The notes under the pieces were generated by a model. The model did not search any database. It was not told the DNA's origin and saw nothing but the letters and a program-made list of their open reading frames with translations. A stretch of DNA of 11,004 nt from Octopus sinensis (lineage: Eukaryota). The stretch covers positions 1 through 11,004 of the forward strand of contig NW_021827161.1 of assembly GCF_006345805.1 (NCBI RefSeq), in the 5' to 3' direction. Below are positions 7,656-11,004 of this stretch, in pieces (within the stretch, counting starts at the first letter, position 1; the number at the start of each line of letters is the position of its first letter). A program made the position numbers and the translations under genes.

Positions 7656-8635
7656 GATTTGAAAGTGTTTTCATGAAAATAGCTGAAAAAGAAAGAATCA
7701 ATAAGACGGAGATGGGTACAGACATGGTTTTGTGTTTAAGAAATTCGCTTCACAACCACACGGTTTTGGGTATAGTCCTGTTGTCCGGCATCTGTGACAA
7801 AAGTATTCTGCCATAACCCTGACTCAACTGATGCCATGTGAGTTAACTTGATAAATGGAAACTGGGTAGAAGCCCATCATACACACACACATAGACATGA
7901 GGGCAGCAGTTTATATATGTGTTTCTGTCGTCTTTAGGTAATGAACGTTGATTTGTTTACGGTTCACATAGAATACGCACTCCACTTAAATAATTAGGCA
8001 GATTTGAGTGACGAAAGGCGGGACTCCCCCAGGACCACAATCCAATGTCTTTTTGTAAAAGAATGCTATGAGTTTGTTCAGTGTTGCTTTTTACTTGTTT
8101 CAGTCATTAAACTGCGTCCATGCTGGGGCACTTGAAGAATTTTAGTTGAAATTTAGTACTTATTTTTCTAAAGCTTTGTACTTATTCTATCGGTCTCATA
8201 CGTCAAACCACTAAGTTACGGGGACATAAAAACACCAACACCGATGAAACGGTAGTGAGGGACAAACACGTACAAATACACACACTCAAATCTGCCTAAT
8301 TATTTAAGTGGAGTGCGTATTCTATGTGAACCGTAAACAAATCAACGTTCATTACCTAAAGACGACAGAAACACATATATAAACTGCTGCCCTCATGTCT
8401 ATGTGTGTGTGTATGATGGGCTTCTACCCAGTTTCCATTATCAAGTTAACTCACATGGCATCAGTTGAGTCAGGGTTATGGCAGAATACTTTTGTCACAG
8501 ATGCCGGACAACAGGACTATACCCAAAACCGTGTGGTTGTGGAAGCGAATTTCTTAAACACAAAACCATGTCTGTACCATCTCCGTCTTATTGATTCTTT
8601 CTTTTCAGCTATTTTCATGAAAACACTTTCAAATC
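7656..8635. repeat. Near-perfect long inverted duplication: 7656-8010 and 8283-8635, with a 272 bp spacer
   Basis: Hand alignment: no substitutions, four 1-bp homopolymer-length differences. Confidence 0.97.
7712..7895 (+). mobile_element. Old diverged SINE family A head and body inside the left arm (mirrored at ~8397-8580)
   Basis: aagaaattcgcttcacaaccacacggttttggg and gccatgtgagttaacttgataaatggaaactgggtagaagcccatcat align loosely with the head and body at 9975-10125 and 4020-4060. Confidence 0.6.
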
Positions 8636-8743
8636 AGCTATATACAATGGACTTCTTTTCAGTTTCCGCCTACAGAATCCACTCTGATCGACCAGAACGT
8701 AAACTTGGGAAGCAAACTTCTGGCTACACAATCACACATGTTT
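8088..8743 (-). mobile_element. SINE family A copy split into tail (8088-8282) and head/body (8639-8743) by the 353 bp inverted insertion
   Basis: 8088-8282 is the tail up to the CA linker. 8639-8743 resumes with tatatacaatggacttcttttcagtttccgcctac, in the same order as the uninterrupted copy at 9890-10010. Confidence 0.75.
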
Positions 8744-9164
8744 TTTTGTTGTTTTTTTAAATTTTAACACTTTTGGTATGATTAGCTGAAATTGTTAATG
8801 AATGCGCCAGTTTTTACTGAACTCTAAATTTTTCTGGTAAACGTTTATGATTTAATTAGGAACCTGAAGTTTCGTGTTTTGTGATTAAGCCTATTAATAT
8901 TTCAGTGACGGATGGAAAGAAAGATGTGGAAGTCAAGGTGAAGCGGAGGTTGCTTTCCTTTCTTTCTGCCTTCATTGGAAAGATTTTCTTTCGTTTTATT
9001 TTTTTTTTTTTTAGGGACTGATTTTAGAAAAGTGTTTGATATGAGCTTGCATGAAATTGGAGTGTGAGTATATGTGCATGCGTAAGTGTGTGTATGTGTG
9101 TGCAGAGTGCGTGTGAGTGCGGGTACTGTTTGAAGTTATAAATGTGATATGAGGATTAGTGTGA

Positions 9165-9245
9165 CTGCAGCTGTTGCTGCTGCTACTGTTGTTGCTGTTG
9201 TTGGTGGTGTTGGTGTTGATGATGATGTTCCTGGTGGTGGTGGTG
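9165..9245. repeat. Mixed (CTG/GTT/GTG/GAT)n trinucleotide repeat
   Basis: Read directly. Confidence 0.9.
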
Positions 9246-9600
9246 GCGGCGTTCAGTACCAGGTTAACCTTAAGTGAAAAACAAACAAAAAAATCACGAA
9301 CAAAGGCATTCCGACCGTTATCTTGCGATCTTTTGCTTTTCTTTTACTTGTCACTCACATTGTATCTAAGAATATAACATTCAACGTCTCCCTTCTTTTA
9401 AAACAGTAAGATGTAATTTCAGGTGTATTTGGCTGCTTTTTCAAGCATATCAATCAACTGAGTAGGGACATCACTGTGGGTCTTATACATTTTAAATTTC
9501 TTTCAAGTTGAAGTTTTATATAATTTTCACAAGATTATTTCCCAAAAAATACAGGCTCTGACGACGATAATTGCATTTATCTTCTTTTATTTTGTAGAAA

Positions 9601-9870
9601 TCTCTCTATATATAAAACTGAGAATGTGTGTCTGTTTGTCTGTCTGTCTGTGTGCTTCCCTAAAACTTGAGAACTACACAACCAATTTCATTCAAATTTT
9701 ACACATGCCTTTCTTAGGGTCAATGTAGTTTCATGGGCAAAAAAATGTTCAACTTCTTGCCTAGGGCGAGCCCATAGCAATATCATATTTTCTCCACTAT
9801 TTCAGTATTACGTGTTAAAAGTGAAACAAAAACATTTCTCTATTTTATGTCAGATACTTTCACTTTAGCA
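9601..9870 (+). mobile_element. Non-autonomous Helitron-like element, 5' portion
   Basis: A|TC start, then TCTATATATAAAACTGAGAA, a (GTCT)n microsatellite and gaactac...ccaatttc...aaattt. This layout is typical of microsatellite-bearing non-autonomous Helitrons. No 3' hairpin-CTRR end found. Confidence 0.5.
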
Positions 9871-9874
9871 ACAA

Positions 9875-10130
9875 AAGTGGTTGTCAAGGTGATGAGGGAC
9901 AAACACAGACACAAAGACACGTACACGCACACACATACACAAACACACACACACATATGTACACATATACACGACGGGCTTCTTTCAGTTTCCAAATCTA
10001 CCAAATCTACTCACAAATCTTTGGGTGGTCCGAGACTACAGTAGAAGATATTTTCCCAAAGTGCTACGCAGTGGAACTGAACCCACAATCATGTGGTTGA
10101 GAAGCAAACTTCTAACCTCACACCCGCGAC
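9875..10130 (-). mobile_element. SINE family A copy with tRNA-like head, 3'-truncated
   Basis: B-box-like GGTTCAGTTCC (reverse complement of 10073-10083), body and CA linker shared with the other copies. Confidence 0.8.
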
Positions 10131-10245
10131 TACTAGTAGTAGTAGTAGTGGTGGTGGTGGTGGTGGTGGTAGTAGTAGTAGTAGTAATGGTGGTGGTGAT
10201 GGTGGTGGTGGTGGTGGTGGTGGCGGTAGTGGTGGTGGTGGTCCT
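10131..10245. repeat. (GTA)n/(GTG)n trinucleotide repeat
   Basis: Read directly. Confidence 0.95.
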
Positions 10246-10479
10246 CGTCGTCGTTGTGTTGCAGGTTCTTTCAGTGACGATTATAAAAAACTGCGAATAA
10301 CCAACAAAGTGAACGAATAAATTGCTGTGTCCTGTAGAAGAGAAGTGCCTTTTAATGTGGATGGAGGGAGATGATAAAAAGATGACCACTTAACACGTGT
10401 TGATGTAAGATAAATAGACTACTCGCAGTCTCTTTATCTTGTACCAACACTAAACAATTTCTCACTCATTGATGGGATT

Positions 10480-10568
10480 TATTTTAAGTGTTTACTTCTA
10501 TGTTCAAATCCTGCCGAGGTCAGGATTGCCATTCATCCTTCCGGGAGTCGATAAGATAAACTACCAGT
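10480..10568 (+). mobile_element. SINE family C partial copy
   Basis: Canonical B box GTTCAAATCC at 10502-10511; similar to ~7360-7395. Confidence 0.55.
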
Positions 10569-11004
10569 TTATATAAGGGAATATCTCAATGTCTTCCAAC
10601 CACAGTTTTTCAGATTTTCACCAGGTTATTTTCAGAAACTGTAGTTCTGAAGTAGTTTTGCATGCTGATGACGAAAATCATTCCTTTATTCTAGAAATTG
10701 GTAATAATAAAAGTTACAAGCATTTAAAATTATGTAACTTTAGCCAATCGAACGCTTCGATCGCCAGACATACCGGATGTCGTGACTTTTTGTCCTCACG
10801 GGAACATCACGCACGAAACCTTTATGTGGTCCTTTGGTCTGCAAGAAATAGCAGTTAAATGATACATTGTGATATAGCACTGTTTATTTCTTTGTTTAAT
10901 GTTATCAATGATATCTAAATCAAAGCCAGACTTCATTGATGTAATCTCTTGTGGAACTCATGACCCTTAAAACACTGGGTTTCACAGACCGATGTTAGAT
11001 GTAT

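Noticed and set aside
7656-8635. Reading the long inverted repeat as a MITE
   Set aside because: The arms are made of old SINE and other host sequence, there is no TSD, and the right arm interrupts a SINE.
10060-10130. tRNA gene
   Set aside because: Only degenerate A/B boxes, no cloverleaf; it is a SINE head.
10133-10137. CTAGT as the Helitron 3' end
   Set aside because: Part of the (TAG)n repeat, with no subterminal GC hairpin.
7034-10389. ORFs with poly-Y, poly-V, poly-T, poly-G or poly-L (7034-7345, 9174-9377, 10025-10300, 10036-10389, 10093-10320)
   Set aside because: Stop-free frames of trinucleotide repeats; 8395-8760 lies in SINE-derived duplicated DNA.
10665-10676. CTGATGA-CGAAA, both hammerhead core strands adjacent
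   Set aside because: No stem II between them and no convincing stems I or III.
10589-10858. 89 aa ORF with LHADD as an RT YADD motif
   Set aside because: No other RT motifs nearby.
1-11004. CRISPR array or prokaryotic operon
   Set aside because: No regularly spaced repeats with unique spacers; the content is typical eukaryotic repetitive DNA.

Overview
Repeat-dense, AT-rich eukaryotic non-coding DNA. I found no intact protein-coding gene, RNA gene or CRISPR array. The SINE-like repeats resemble families I recall from octopus genomes; this is an inference, not a database result. Almost all ORFs in the track are microsatellite artefacts. Real coding remnants: a Tx1/L1-type reverse transcriptase fragment (5481-5862) and the CCHC plus restriction-like endonuclease end of an R4/Dong-type LINE (6088-7096) followed by a long (TAA)n array. 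Other elements: a ~960 bp foldback/MITE with ~310 bp inverted arms (96-1059), several tRNA-SINE copies, and a Helitron-like 5' end (9601). Best leads: (1) a minimal type I hammerhead-ribozyme-like fold with a variant core on the minus strand (2983-3027); (2) a substitution-free 355 bp inverted copy of neighbouring DNA inserted into the middle of a SINE (7656-8743); (3) a 50 bp inverted repeat clamping a TA microsatellite (1929-2276).
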